Positions 14,017 through 31,200 of a stretch of 64,000 bases of DNA are shown one piece after another. The notes beneath the pieces are model-generated. The model worked only from the letters and a program-made list of their open reading frames with translations. It did not search any database and had not been told where the DNA came from. The stretch spans positions 248,001 to 312,000 of the forward strand of contig CAXIUT010000097.1 in NCBI GenBank assembly GCA_964035545.1. Reading direction: 5' to 3'. Position 1 is the stretch's first letter. Every line of letters begins with the position of its first letter. A program made the position numbers and the translations under genes. This DNA comes from Bugula neritina. Taxonomy: Eukaryota > Animalia > Bryozoa.

Positions 14017-17000
14017 AAATGCACTGTAACATAGTGAAATAGACTGCAACACATTGAAATATACTGCAAAATACTGAAATACACTGCTATATACTGAAAT
14101 ACACTGCAACACACTACAACATACTGCAACATGCTAAAATATACTGCAACATACTGAAATACACTGCAAAATACTGAAATACACTGTAACATACTGAAGT
14201 ATACTGCAACATACTGAAATACACTGCTACATACTGAAATATACTGCAAAATACTGAAATACACTGCTATATACTGAAATACACTGCAACACACTACAAC
14301 ATACTGCAACATGCTAAAAGCTGCAACATACTGAAATACACTGCTACATACTGAAATATACTGCAACACACAGCAACTTACTGCAACATACTAAAATACA
14401 CTGTAACATATTGAAATACACTGCAACACATTGAAATATACCGCAATGTACCGAAATATATGGTAAACTACTGAAATATACTGTCACACATTTAAAAATA
14501 CTGCAACATACTGAAATATACTGCGACACATCGCAATATAATGTAACATACTGAAATATGCTGTAGCACATTGAAATACACTGCAACTCACTGAAATATA
14601 CTGCAACATATTGAAATATACTGCAACATACTGAAATACACTGCTACATACTAAAATATACTGCAACATACTGCAACATAGTGAAATACACTGTAACATA
14701 CTGAAATACACTGCAACATACTACAACATATTGAAATACACTGCAACACATTGAAATATACTGCATTATACCTAAATATACGGTGATATACCAAAATATA
14801 CTGTAACACATTTAAAAATACTGCAACATACTGAAAGACACTGCAACACACTGAAATACACTGCAAAATACTGTAACACACTGAAATATACTGCAACACA
14901 CTGCAACATACTAAAATATACTGCAACATACTGAAATACACTGCAAAATATTCAAATACACTGTAACATATTGAAATATACTGCAACATACTGAAATACA
15001 GTGCTACATACTGAAATATACTGCAACATAGTGCAACATAGTGAAATACACTGCAACATACTGCAAGATAGTGAAATACACTGTAACATACTGAAGTATA
15101 CTGCAACATGCTGAAATACACTGCTACATACTGAAATATACTGCAACACACTGCAAGATACTGCAACATACTAAAATATACTGCAACATACTGAAATACA
15201 CTGCAGAATACTGAAATACACTGTAACATACTGAAATATACTGCAAAATACTGAAATACACTGCTACATACTGAAATATACTGCAACACACTGCGACATA
15301 CTGCAACATACTAAAATACACTGTAACATATTGAAATACACTGCAACACATTGAAATATACTGCAATGTACCGAAATATATGGTAAACTACTGAAATATA
15401 CTGTCACACATTGAAAAACACTGCAACATACTGAAATATACTGCGACACATTGCAATATACTGTAACATACTGAAATATGCTGTAGCACACTGAGATACA
15501 CTGCAACTCACTGAAATATACTGCAACATACTGAAATACACTGTAACATATTGAAATATACTGCAACATACTGAAATACAGTGCTACATACTTAAATATA
15601 CTGCAACATACTGCAACATAGTGAAATACACTGCAACATACTGCAAGATAGTGAAATACACTGTAACATACTGAAAAACACCGCAAAATACTAGAACATA
15701 TTGAAATACACTGCAACACATTGAAATATACTGCAAAATACCTAAATATACGGTAATGTACCAAAATATACTGTAACACATTGAAAAATACTGCAACATA
15801 CTGAAATACACTGCAACACACCGAAAAACACTGCAAAATACTGTAACACACTGAAATATACTGCAACACACTGCAACATACTGCAACATACTAGAATACA
15901 CTGTAACATATTGAAATACACTGCTAAATACTGAAATATACTGCAACACACCGCAACATACTGCAACATACTAAAATAGACTGTAACATATTGAAATACA
16001 CTGCAACACATTGAAATATACTGCAATGTACCGAAATATAAGGTAAACTACTGAAATATACTGTCACACATTGAAAAATACTGCAACATACTGAAATATA
16101 CTGCGACACATTGCAATATACTGTAACATACTGAAATATGCTGTAGCACACTGAAATACACTGCAACATACTGAAATACACTGTAACATATTGAAATATA
16201 CTGCAACACACTGCAATACAGTGCTACATACTGAAATATACTGCAACATACTGCAACATAGTGAAATTCACTGTAACATACTGAAAAACACTGCAACATA
16301 CTACAACATATTAAAATACACTGCAACACATTGAAATATACTGCAACATACCTAAATATACGGTGATATACCAAAATAAACTGTAACACATTTAAAAAGA
16401 CTGCAACATACTGAAATACACTGCAACACTCTGAAATACACTGCAAAATACTGTAACACACTGAAATATACTGCAACACACTGCAACATACTGCAACATA
16501 CTAGAATACACTGTAACATATTGAAATATACTGCAACATACTGAAATACACTGCTACATACTGAAATTTACTGCGACATACAGCAACATACTGCAACATA
16601 CTAAAATACACTGTAACATATTGGAATACACTGCAACACATTGAAATATACTGCAAAATACTGAAATACACTGCTACATACTGAAATATACTGCAACACA
16701 CTGCAACATACTGCAACATACTAAAGTATACTGCAACATACTGAAATACACTGCAGAATACTGAAATACACTGTAACATACTGAAATATACTGCAAAATA
16801 CTGAAATACATTGCTACATACTGAAATATACTGCAACACACTGCGACATACTGCAACATACTAAAATGCACTGTAACATATTGGAATAGACTGCAACACA
16901 TTGAAATATACTGCAAAATACTGAAATACACTGCTACATACTGAAATATACTGCAACACACTGCAACATACTGCAACATACTAAAATATACTGCAACATA

Positions 17001-19935
17001 CAGAAATACACTGCAGAATACTGAAATACACTGTAACATACTGAAATATACTGCAAAATACTGAAATACACTGCTACATACAGAAATATACTGCAACACA
17101 CTGCGACATACTGCAACATACTAAAATACACTGTAACATATTGAAATACACTGCAACACATTGAAATATACTGCAATGTACCGAAATATATGGTAAACTA
17201 CTGAAATATACTGTCACACATTGATAAAACTGCAACATACTGAAATATACTGCGACACATTGCAATATACTGTAACATACTGAAATATGCTGTAGCACAC
17301 TGAAATACACTGCAACTCACTGAAATATACTGCAACATACTGAAATACACTATAACATATTGAAATATACTGCAACATACTGAAATACAGTGCTACATAC
17401 TGAAATTTACTGCAACGTACTGCAACATAGTGAAATACACTGCAACATACTGCAAGACAGTGAAATACACTGTAACATACTGAAATACACCGCAAAATAC
17501 TACAACATATTGAAATGCACTGTAACATATTGAAATACACTGCAACACATTGAAATATACTGCAACATACCTAAATATACGGTAATATACCAAAATATAC
17601 TGTAACACATTGAAAAATACTGCAACGTACTGAAATACACTGAAACACACCGAAAAACACTGAAAATACTGTAACACACTGAAATATACTGCAAAATACT
17701 GAAATATACTGCAAAATACTGAAATACACTGCTAAATACTGAAATATACTGCAACACACCGCAACATACTGCAACATACTAAAGTATACTGCAACATACT
17801 GAAATACACTGCAAAATACTGAAATACACTATAACATACTGAAATATACTGCAACATACTGAAATACAGTGCTACATACTGAAATATACTGCAACATACT
17901 GCAACATAGTGAAATAAACTGCAACATACTGCAAGATAGTGAAATACACTGTAACATACTGAAATACACCGCAAAGTACTACAACATATTGAAATGCACT
18001 GTAACATATTGAAATACACTGCGACACATTGAAATATACTGCAAAATACCTAAATATACGGTAATGTACCAAAATATACTGTAACACATTGAAAAATACT
18101 GCAACATACTGAAATACACTGCAACACACCGAAAAACACTGCAAAATACTGTAACACACTGAAATATACTGCAACACACTGCAACATACTGCAACATACT
18201 AGAATACACTGTAACATATTGAAATATACTGCAACATACTGAAATACACTGTAACATACTGAAGTATACTGCAACATACTGAAATACACTGCTACATACT
18301 GAAATATACTGCAACACACAGCAACATACTACAACATACTAAAATACACTGTAACATATTGGAATACACTGCAACACATTGAAATTTACTGCAAAATACT
18401 GAAATACGCTGCTACATACTGAAATATACTGCAACACACAGCAACTTACTGCAACATACTAAAATACACTGTAACATATTGAAATACACTGCAACACATT
18501 GAAATATACCGCAATGTACCGAAATATATGGTAAACTACTGAAATATACTGTCACACATTTAAAAATACTGCAACATACTGAAATATACTGCGACACATC
18601 GCAATATAATGTAACGTACTGAAATATGCTGTAGCACATTGAAATACACTGCAACTCACTGAAATATACTGCAACATATTGAAATATACTGCAACATACT
18701 GAAATACACTGCTACATACTAAAATATACTGCAACATACTGCAACATAGTGAAATACACTGTAACATACTGAAATACACTGCAACATACTACAACATATT
18801 GAAATACACTGCAACACATTGAAATATACTGCATTATACCTAAATATACGGTGATATACCAAAATATACTGTAACACATTTAAAAATACTGCAACATACT
18901 GAAAGACACTGCAACACACTGAAATACACTGCAAAATACTGTAACACACTGAAATATACTGCAACACACTGCAACATACTGCAACATACTAAAATATACT
19001 GCAACATACTGAAATACACTGCAAAATATTCAAATACACTGTAACATATTGAAATATACTGCAACATACTGAAATACAGTGCTACATACTGAAATATACT
19101 GCAACATAGTGCAACATAGTGAAATACACTGCAACATACTGCAAGATAGTGAAATACACTGTAACATACTGAAGTATACTGCAACATGCTGAAATACACT
19201 GCTACATACTGAAATATACTGATACACACAGCAACATACTGCAACATACTAAAATACAGTGTGACATATTGGAATACACTGCAACACATTGAAATACACT
19301 GCAAAATACTGAAATACACTGCTACATACTGAAATATACTGCGACACACTGCAACATACTGCAACATACTAAATTACACTGTAACATATTGAAATAGATT
19401 GCAACACAATGAAATATACTGTAAAATACTAAAATACACTGCTAAATACTGAAATACACTGCAACACACTACAACATACTGCAACATACTAAAATATACT
19501 GCAACATACTGAAATACCCTGCAAAATACTGAAATACACTGTAACGTACTGAAATTTACTGCAAAATACTGAAATACACTGCTACATACTGAAATTTACT
19601 GCGACACACTGCAACATACTGCACCATACTAAAATGCACTGTAACATAGTGAAATAGACTGCAACACATTGAAATATACTGCAAAATACTGAAATACACT
19701 GCTATATACTGAAATACACTGCAACACACTACAACATACTGCAACATGCTAAAATATACTGCAACATACTGAAATACACTGCAAAATACTGAAATACACT
19801 GTAACATACTGAAGTATACTGCAACATACTGAAATACACTGCTACATACTGAAATATACTGCAAAATACTGAAATACACTGCTATATACTGAAATACACT
19901 GCAACACACTACAACATACTGCAACATGCTAAAAG

Positions 19936-22900
19936 CTGCAACATACTGAAATACACTGCTACATACTGAAATATACTGCAACACACAGCAACTTACTGCA
20001 ACATACTAAAATACACTGTAACATATTGGAATACACTGCAACACATTGAAATATACTGCAAAATACTGAAATACACTGCTACATACTGAAATATACTGCA
20101 ACACACTGCAACATACTGCAACATACTAAAGTATACTGCAACATACTGATTTACACTGCAGAATACTGAAATACACTGTAACATACTGAAATATACTGCA
20201 AAATACTGAAATACATTGCTACATACTGAAATATACTGCAACACACTGCGACATACTGCAACATACTAAAATACACTGTAACATATTGAAATACACTGCA
20301 ACACATTGAAATATACTGCAATGTACCGAAATATAAGGTAAACTACTGAAATATACTGTCACACATTGAAAAATACTGCAACATACTGAAATATACTGCG
20401 ACACATTGCAATATACTGTAACATACTGAAATATGCTGTAGCACACTGAAATACACTGCAACATACTGAAATACACTGCATCATACTGCAACATAGTGAA
20501 ATTCACTGTAACATACTGAAAAACACTGCAACATACTACAACATATTAAAATACACTGCAACACATTGAAATATACTGCAACATACCTAAATATACGGTG
20601 ATATACCAAAAGAAACTGTAACACATTTAAAAAGACTGCAACATACTGAAATACACTGCAACACTCTGAAATACACTGCAAAATACTGTAACACACTGAA
20701 ATATACTGCAACACACTGCAACATACTGCAACATACTAGAATACACTGTAACATATTGAAATATACTGCAACATACTGAAATACACTGCTACATACTGAA
20801 ATTTACTGCGACATACAGCAACATACTGCAACATACTAAAATACACTGTAACATATTGGAATACACTGCAACACATTGAAATATACTGCAAAATACTGAA
20901 ATACACTGCTACATACTGAAATATACTGCAACACACTGCAACATACTGCAACATACTAAAGTATACTGCAACATACTGAAATACACTGCAGAATACTGAA
21001 ATACACTGTAACATACTGAAATATACTGCAAAATACTGAAATACATTGCTACATACTGAAATATACTGCAACACACTGCGACATACTGCAACATACTAAA
21101 ATGCACTGTAACATAGTGAAATAGACTGCAACACATTGAAATACACTGCAAAATACTGAAATACAGTGCTACATACTGAAATATACTGCAACATACTGCA
21201 ACATAGTGAAATAAACTGCAACATACTGCAAGATAGTGAAATACACTGTAACATACTGAAATACACCGCAAAGTACTACAACATATTGAAATGCACTGTA
21301 ACATATTGAAATACACTGCAACACATTGAAATATACTGCAAAATACCTAAATATACGGTAATGTACCAAAATATACTGTAACACATTGAAAAATACTGCA
21401 ACATACTGAAATACACTGCAACACACCGAAAAACACTGCAAAATACTGTAACACACTGAAATATACTGCAACACACTGCAACATACTGCAACATACTAGA
21501 ATACACTGTAACATATTGAAATATACTGCAACATACTGAAATACACTGCTATATACTGAAATGTACTGCAACACACTACAACATACTGCAACATGCTAAA
21601 ATATACTGCAACATATTGAAATACCCTGAAAAATACTGAAATACACTGTAACATACTGAAGTATACTGCAACATACTGAAATACACTGCTACATACTGAA
21701 ATATACTGCAACACACAGCAACATACTACAACATACTAAAATACACTGTAACATATTTGAATACACTGCAACACATTGAAATTTACTGCAAAATACTGAA
21801 ATACACTGCTACATACTGAAATTTACTGCGACACACTGCAACATACTGCAACATACTAAAATGCACTGTAACATAGTGAAATAGACTGCAACACATTGAA
21901 ATATACTGCAAAATACTGAAATACACTGCTATATACTGAAATACACTGCAACACACTACAACATACTGCAACATGCTAAAATATACTGCAACATACTGAA
22001 ATACACTGCAAAATACTGAAATACACTGTAGCATACTGAAGTATACTGCAACATACTGAAATACACTGCTACATACTGAAATATACTGCAAAATACTGAA
22101 ATACACTGCTATATACTGAAATACACTGCAACACACTACAACATACTGCAACATGCTAAAAGCTGCAACATACTGAAATACACTGCTACATACTGAAATA
22201 TACTGCAACACACAGCAACTTACTGCAACATACTAGAATACACTGTAACATATTGGAATACACTGCAACACATTGAAATATACTGCAAAATACTGAAATA
22301 CACTGCTACATACTGAAATAGACTGCAACACACTGCAACATACTGCAACATACTAAAGTATACTGCAACATACTGAAATACACTGCAGAATACTGAAATA
22401 CACTGTAACATACTGAAATATACTGCAAAATACTTAAATACATTGCTACATACTGAAATATACTACAACACACTGCGACATACTGCAACATACTAAAATA
22501 CACTGTAACATATTGGAATACACTGCAACACATTGAAATATACTTCAAAATACTGAAATACACTGCTACATACTGAAGTTTACTGCGACACACTGCAACA
22601 TACTGCAACATACTAAAATGCACTGTAACATAGTGAAATAGACTGCAACACATTGAAATATACTGCAAAATACTGAAATACACTGCTATATACTGAAATA
22701 CACTGCAACACACTACAACATACTGCAACATGCTAAAATATACTGCAACATACTGAAATACACTGCAAAATACTGAAATACACTGCTACATACTGAAATA
22801 TACTGCAACACACTGCAACATACTGCAACATACTAAAGTATACTGCAACATACTGAAATACACTGCAGAATACTGAAATACACTGTAACATACTGAAATA

Positions 22901-25900
22901 TACTGCAAAATACTTAAATAGATTGCTACATACTGAAATATACTGCAACACACTGCGACATACTGCAACATACTAAAATACACTGTAACATATTGAAATA
23001 CACTGCAACACATTGAAATATACTGCAAAATACTGAAATACACTGCTATATACTGAAATACACTGCAACACACTACAACATACTGCAACATGCTAAAATA
23101 TACTGCAACATACTGAAATACACTGCAAAATACTGAAATACACTGTAACATACTGAAGTATACTGCAACATACTGAAATACACTGCTACATACTGAAATT
23201 TACTGCGACACACCGCAACATACCGCAACGTGCTAAAATACACTGTAACATATTGGAATAGACTGCAACACATTGAAATATACTGCAAAATACTGAAATA
23301 CACTGCTACATACTGAAATATACTGCAACACACTGCAACATACTGCAACATACTAAAATATACTGCAACATACTGAAATACACTGCAGAATACTGAAATA
23401 CACTGTAACATACTGAAATATACTGCAAAATACTGAAATACACTGCTACATACTGAAATATACTGCAACACACTGCGACATACTGCAACATACTAAAATA
23501 CACTGTAACATATTGAAATACACTGCAACACATTGAAATATACTGCAATGTACCGAAATATATGGTAAACTACTGAAATATACTGTCACACATTGAAAAA
23601 AACTGCAACATACTGAAATATACTGCGACACATTGCAATATACTGTAACATACTGAAATATGCTGTAGCACACTGAAATACACTGCAACTCACTGAAATA
23701 TACTGCAACATACTGAAATACACTGTAACATATTGAAATATACTGCAACATACTGAAATACAGTGCTACATACTGAAATTTACTGCAACGTACTGCAACA
23801 TAGTGAAATACACTGCAACATACTGCAAGATAGTGAAATACACTGTAACATACTGAAATACACCGCAAAATACTACAACATATTGAAATGCACTGTAACA
23901 TATCGAAATACACTGCAACACATTGAAATATACTGCAACATACCTAAATATACGGTAATATACCAAAATATACTGTAACACATTGAAAAATACTGCAACA
24001 TACTGAAATTCACTGAAACACACCGAAAAACACTGAAAATACTGTAACACACTAAAATATACTGCAAAATACTGAAATATACTGCAAAATACTGAAATAC
24101 ACTGCTACATACTGAAATATACTGCAACACACTGCAACATACTGCAACATACTAAAGTATACTGCAACATACTGAAATACACTGCAGAATACTGAAATAC
24201 ACTGTAACATACTGAAATATACTGCAAAATACTTAAATACATTGCTACATACTGAAATATACTGCAACACACTGCGACATACTGCAACATACTAAAATAC
24301 ACTGTAACATATTGAAATACACTGCAACACATTGAAATATACTGCAATGTACCGAAATATATGGTAAACTACTGAAATATACTGTCACACATTGAAAAAT
24401 ACTGCAACATACTGAAATATACTGCGACACATTGCAATATACTGTAACATACTGAAATATGCTGTAGCACACTAAAATACACTGCAACATACTGAAATAC
24501 ACTGTAACATATTGAAATATACTGCAACATACTGCAATACAGTGCTACATACTGAAATATACTGCAACATACTGCAACATAGTGAAATTCACTGTAACAT
24601 ACTGAAAAACACTGCAACATACTACAACATATTGAAATACACTGCAACACATTGAAATATACTGCAACATACCTAAATATACGGTGATATACCAAAATAA
24701 ACTGTAACACATTTAAAAAGACTGCAACATACCGAAATACACTGCAACACTCTGAAATACACTGCAAAATACTGTAACACACTGAAATATACTGCAACAC
24801 ACTGCAACATACTGCAACATACTAGAATACACTGTAACATATTGAAATATACTGCAACATACTGAAATACACTGCTACATACTGAAATATACTGCAACAC
24901 ACAGCAACTTACTGCAACATACTAGAATACACTGTAACATATTGGAATACACTGCAACACATTGAAATATACTGCAAAATACTGAAATACACTGCTACAT
25001 ACTGAAATATACTGCAACACACTGCAACATACTGCAACATACTAAAGTATACTGCAACATACTGATTTACACTGCAGAATACTGAAATACACTGTAACAT
25101 ACTGAAATATACTGCAAAATACTGAAATACATTGCTACATACTGAAATATACTGCAACACACTGCGACATACTGCAACATACTAAAATACACTGTAACAT
25201 ATTGAAATACACTGCAACACATTGAAATATACTGCAATGTACCGAAATATAAGGTAAACTACTGAAATATACTGTCACACATTGAAAAATACTGCAACAT
25301 ACTGAAATATACTGCGACACATTGCAATATACTGTAACATACTGAAATATGCTGTAGCACACTGAAATACACTGCAACATACTGAAATACACTGTAACAT
25401 ATTGAAATATACTGCAACACACTGCAATACAGTGCTACATACTGAAATATACTGCAACATACTGCAACATAGTGAAATTCACTGTAACATACTGAAAAAC
25501 ACTGCAACATACTACAACATATTAAAATACACTGCAACACATTGAAATATACTGCAACATACCTAAATATACGGTGATATACCAAAATAAACTGTAACAC
25601 ATTTAAAAAGACTGCAACATACTGAAATACACTGCAACACTCTGAAATACACTGCAAAATACTGTAACACACTGAAATATACTGCAACACACTGCAACAT
25701 ACTGCAACATACTAGAATACACTGTAACATATTGAAATATACTGCAACATACTGAAATACACTGCTACATACTGAAATTTACTGCGACATACAGCAACAT
25801 ACTGCAACATACTAAAATACACTGTAACATATTGGAATACACTGCAACACATTGAAATATACTGCAAAATACTGAAATACACTGCTACATACTGAAATAT

Positions 25901-27515
25901 ACTGCAACACACTGCAACATACTGCAACATACTAAAGTATACTGCAACATACTGAAATACACTGCAGAATACTGAAATACACTGTAACATACTGAAATAT
26001 ACTGCAAAATACTGAAATACATTGCTACATACTGAAATATACTGCAACACACTGCGACATACTGCAACATACTAAAATGCACTGTAACATAGTGAAATAG
26101 ACTGCAACACATTGAAATACACTGCAAAATACTGAAATACAGTGCTACATACTGAAATATACTGCAACATACTGCAACATAGTGAAATAAACTGCAACAT
26201 ACTGCAAGATAGTGAAATACACTGTAACATACTGAAATACACCGCAAAGTACTACAACATATTGAAATGCACTGTAACATATTGAAATACACTGCAACAC
26301 ATTGAAATATACTGCAAAATACCTAAATATACGGTAATGTACCAAAATATACTGTAACACATTGAAAAATACTGCAACATACTGAAATACACTGCAACAC
26401 ACCGAAAAACACTGCAAAATACTGTAACACACTGAAATATACTGCAACACACTGCAACATACTGCAACATACTAGAATACACTGTAACATATTGAAATAT
26501 ACTGCAACATACTGAAATACACTGCTATATACTGAAATATACTGCAACACACTACAACATACTGCAACATGCTAAAATATACTGCAACATATTGAAATAC
26601 CCTGAAAAATACTGAAATACACTGTAACATACTGAAGTATACTGCAACATACTGAAATACACTGCTACATACTGAAATATACTGCAACACACAGCAACAT
26701 ACTACAACATACTAAAATACACTGTAACATATTGGAATACACTGCAACACATTGAAATTTACTGCAAAATACTGAAATACACTGCTACATACTGAAATTT
26801 ACTGCGACACACTGCAACATACTGCAACATACTAAAATGCACTGTAACATAGTGAAATAGAATGCAACACATTGAAATATACTGCAAAATACTGAAATAC
26901 ACTGCTATATACTGAAATACACTGCAACACACTACAACATACTGCAACATGCTAAAATATACTGCAACATACTGAAATACACTGCAAAATACTGAAATAC
27001 ACTGTAACATACTGAAGTATACTGCAACATACTGAAATACACTGCTACATACTGAAATATACTGCAAAATACTGAAATACTCTGCTATATACTGAAATAC
27101 ACTGCAACACACTACAACATACTGCAACATGCTAAAAGCTGCAACATACTGAAATACACTGCTACATACTGAAATATACTGCAACACACAGCAACTTACT
27201 GCAACATACTAGAATACACTGTAACATATTGGAATACACTGCAACACATTGAAATATACTGCAAAATACTGAAATACACTGCTACATACTGAAATAGACT
27301 GCAACACACTGCAACATACTGCAACATACTAAAGTATACTGCAACATACTGAAATACACTGCAGAATACTGAAATACACTGTAACATACTGAAATATACT
27401 GCAAAATACTTAAATACATTGCTACATACTGAAATATACTGCAACACACTGCGACATACTGCAACATACTAAAATACACTGTAACATATTGGAATACACT
27501 GCAACACATTGAAAT
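19936..27515. repeat. ~2.6-kb direct duplication, non-adjacent (19936-22539 and 24852-27515; offset 4916 then 4976)
   Basis: ORF offsets 19993->24909 (4916) and 20736->25712, 21783->26759, 22220->27196 (4976). Both copies share the rare variant ACTGATTTAC (20145 and 25061). The first copy has a 60-bp deletion near 20480. Confidence 0.85.
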
Positions 27516-28248
27516 TTACTGCAAAATACTGAAATACACTGCTACATACTGAAATTTACTGCGACACACTGCAACATACTGCAACATACTAAAATGCACT
27601 GTAACATAGTGAAATAGACTGCAACACATTGAAATATACTGCAAAATACTGAAATACACTGCTATATACTGAAATACACTGCAACACACTACAACATACT
27701 GCAACTTGCTAAAATATACTGCAACATACTGAAATACACTGCAAAATACTGAAATACACTGTAACATACTGAAGTATACTGCAACATACTGAAATACACT
27801 GCTACATACTGAAATATACTGCAAAATACTGAAATACACTGCTATATACTGAAATACACTGCAACACACTACAACATACTGCAACATGCTAAAAGCTGCA
27901 ACATACTGAAATACACTGCTACATACTGAAATATACTGCAACACACAGCAACTTACTGCAACATACTAGAATACACTGTAACATATTGGAATACACTGCA
28001 ACACATTGAAATATACTGCAAAATACTGAAATACACTGCTACATACTGAAATATACTGCAACACACTGCAACATACTGCAACATACTAAAGTATACTGCA
28101 ACATACTGAAATACACTGCAGAATACTGAAATACACTGTAACATACTGAAATATACTGCAAAATACTTAAATACATTGCTACATACTGAAATATACTGCA
28201 ACACACTGCGACATACTGCAACATACTAAAATACACTGTAACATATTG
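26705..28248. repeat. 757-bp tandem duplication (26705-27491 repeated at 27462-28248)
   Basis: ORF offsets 26759->27516, 27196->27953 and 27282->28039 are 757; each copy carries one 3-bp-deletion monomer GCTAAAAGCTGC. Confidence 0.85.
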
Positions 28249-31200
28249 AAATACACTGCAACACATTGAAATATACTGCAATGTACCGAAATATATGGTA
28301 AACTACTGAAATATACTGTCACACATTGAAAAATACTGCAACATACTGAAATATACTGCGACACATTGCAATATACTGTAACATACTGAAACATGCTGTA
28401 GCACACTGAAATACACTGCAACATACTGAAATACACTGTAACATATTGAAATATACTGCAACATACTGCAATACAGTGCTACATACTGAAATATACTGCA
28501 ACATACTGCAACATAGTGAAATTCACTGTAACATACTGAAAAACACTGCAACATACTACAACATATTGAAATACACTGCAACACATTGAAATATACTGCA
28601 ACATACCTAAATATACGGTGATATACCAAAATAAACTGTAACACATTTAAAAAGACTGCAACATACCGAAATACACTGCAACACTCTGAAATACACTGCA
28701 AAATACTGTAACACACTGAAATATACTGCAACACACTGCAACATACTGCAACATACTAGAATACACTGTAACATATTGAAATATACTGCAACATACTGAA
28801 ATACACTGTTACATACTGAAATTTACTGCGACATACAGCAACATACTGCAACATACTAAAATACACTGTAACATATTGGAATACACTGCAACACATTGAA
28901 ATATACTGCAAAATACTGAAATACACTGCTACATACTGAAATATACTGCAACACACTGCAACATACTGCAACATACTAAAGTATACTGCAACATACTGAA
29001 ATACACTGCAGAATACTGAAATACAGTGTAACATACTGAAATATACTGCAAAATACTGAAATACATTGCTACATACTGAAATATACTGCAACACACTGCG
29101 ACATACTGCAACATACTAAAATACACTGTAACATATTGAAATACACTGCAACACATTGAAATATACTGCAATGTACCGAAATATATGGTAAACTACTGAA
29201 ATATACTGTCACACATTGAAAAATACTGCAACATACTGAAATATACTGCGACACATTGCAATATACTGTAACATACTGAATTATGCTGTAGCACACTGAA
29301 ATACACTGCAACATACTGAAGTACACTGTAACATATTGAAATATACTGCAACATACTGAAATACAGTGCTACATACTGAAATATACTGCAACATACTGCA
29401 ACATAGTGAAATTCACTGTAACATACTGAAAAACACTGCAACATACTACAACATATTGAAATACACTGCAACACATTGAAATATACTGCAACATACCTAA
29501 ATATACGGTGATATACCAAAATAAACTGTAACACATTTAAAAAGACTGCAACATACTGAAATACACTGCAACACTCTGAAATACACTGCAAAATACTGTA
29601 ACACACTGAAATATACTGCAACACACTGCAACATACTGCAACATACTAGAATACACTGTAACATATTGAAATATACTGCAACATACTGAAATTCCCTGCT
29701 ACATGCTGAAATTTACTGCGACATACAACAACATACTGCAACATACTAAAATACACTGTAACATATTGGAATACACTGCAACACATTGAAATATACTTCA
29801 AAATACTGAAATACACTGCTACATACTGAAGTTTACTGCGACACACTGCAACATACTGCAACATACTAAAATGCACTGTAACATAGTGAAATAGACTGCA
29901 ACACATTGAAATATACTGCAAAATACTGAAATACACTGCTATATACTGAAATACACTGCAACACACTACAACATACTGCAACATGCTAAAATATACTGCA
30001 ACATACTGAAATACACTGCAAAATACTGAAATACACTGTAACATACTGAAGTATACTGCAACATACTGAAATACACTGCTACATACTGAAATTTACTGCG
30101 ACACACCGCAACATACCGCAACGTACTAAAATACACTGTAACATATTGGAATAGACTGCAACACATTGAAATATACTGCAAAATACTGAAATACACTGCT
30201 ACATACTGAAATATACTGCAACACACTGCGACATACTGCAACATACTAAAATACACTGTAACATATTGAAATACACTGCAACACATTGAAATATACTGCA
30301 ATGTACCGAAATATATGGTAAACTACTGAAATATACTGTCACACATTGAAAAAAACTGCAACATACTGAAATATACTGCGACACATTGCAATATACTGTA
30401 ACATACTGAAATATGCTGTAGCACACTGAAATACGCTGCAACTCACTGAAATATACTGCAACATACTGAAATACACTGTAACATATTGAAATATACTGCA
30501 ACATACTGAAATACAGTGCTACATACTGAAATTTACTGCAACGTACTGCAACATAGTGAAATACACTGCAACATACTGCAAGATAGTGAAATACACTGTA
30601 ACATACTGAAATACACCGCAAAATACTACAACATATTGAAATGCACTGTAACATATCGAAATACACTGCAACACATTGAAATATACTGCAACATACCTAA
30701 ATATACGGTAATATACCAAAATATACTGTAACACATTGAAAAATACTGCAACATACTGAAATACACTGAAACACACCGAAAAACACTGAAAATACTGTAA
30801 CACACTAAAATATACTGCAAAATACTGAAATATACTGCAAAATACTGAAATACACTGCTACATACTGAAATATACTGCAACACACTGCAACATACTGCAA
30901 CATACGAAAGTATACTGCAACATACTGAAATACACTGCAGAATACTGAAATACAGTGTAACATACTGAAATATACTGCAAAATACTGAAATACATTGCTA
31001 CATACTGAAATATACTGCAACACACTGCGACATACTGCAACATACTAAAATACACTGTAACATATTGAAATACACTGCAAAACATTGAAATATACTGCAA
31101 TGTACCGAAATATATGGTAAACTACTGAAATATACTGTCACACATTGAAAAATACTGCAACATACTGAAATATACTGCGACACATTGCAATATACTGTAA

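Larger units (their letters stand above)
1..19371. repeat. Domain I: ~7583-bp higher-order repeat, about three copies (1-7583; 7584-12669, lacking 2497 bp; 12670-19371, partial)
   Basis: Identical ORFs recur at 100, 7683 and 12769 (offsets 7583 and 12669) and at 4555, 9641 and 17214. The offset drops from 12669 to 12659 after a one-monomer loss near 14900. Identity to copy 1 ends near 19371 (equivalent to 6712). The marker ATTGATAAAACTGC occurs only in this domain. Confidence 0.88.

Noticed and set aside
23763-30731. Two plus-strand 71-aa ORFs (23763-23978 and 30516-30731)
   Set aside because: They are open only because a TATTGAAA>TATCGAAA variant removes one TGA; both are copies of the same satellite block (offset 6753).
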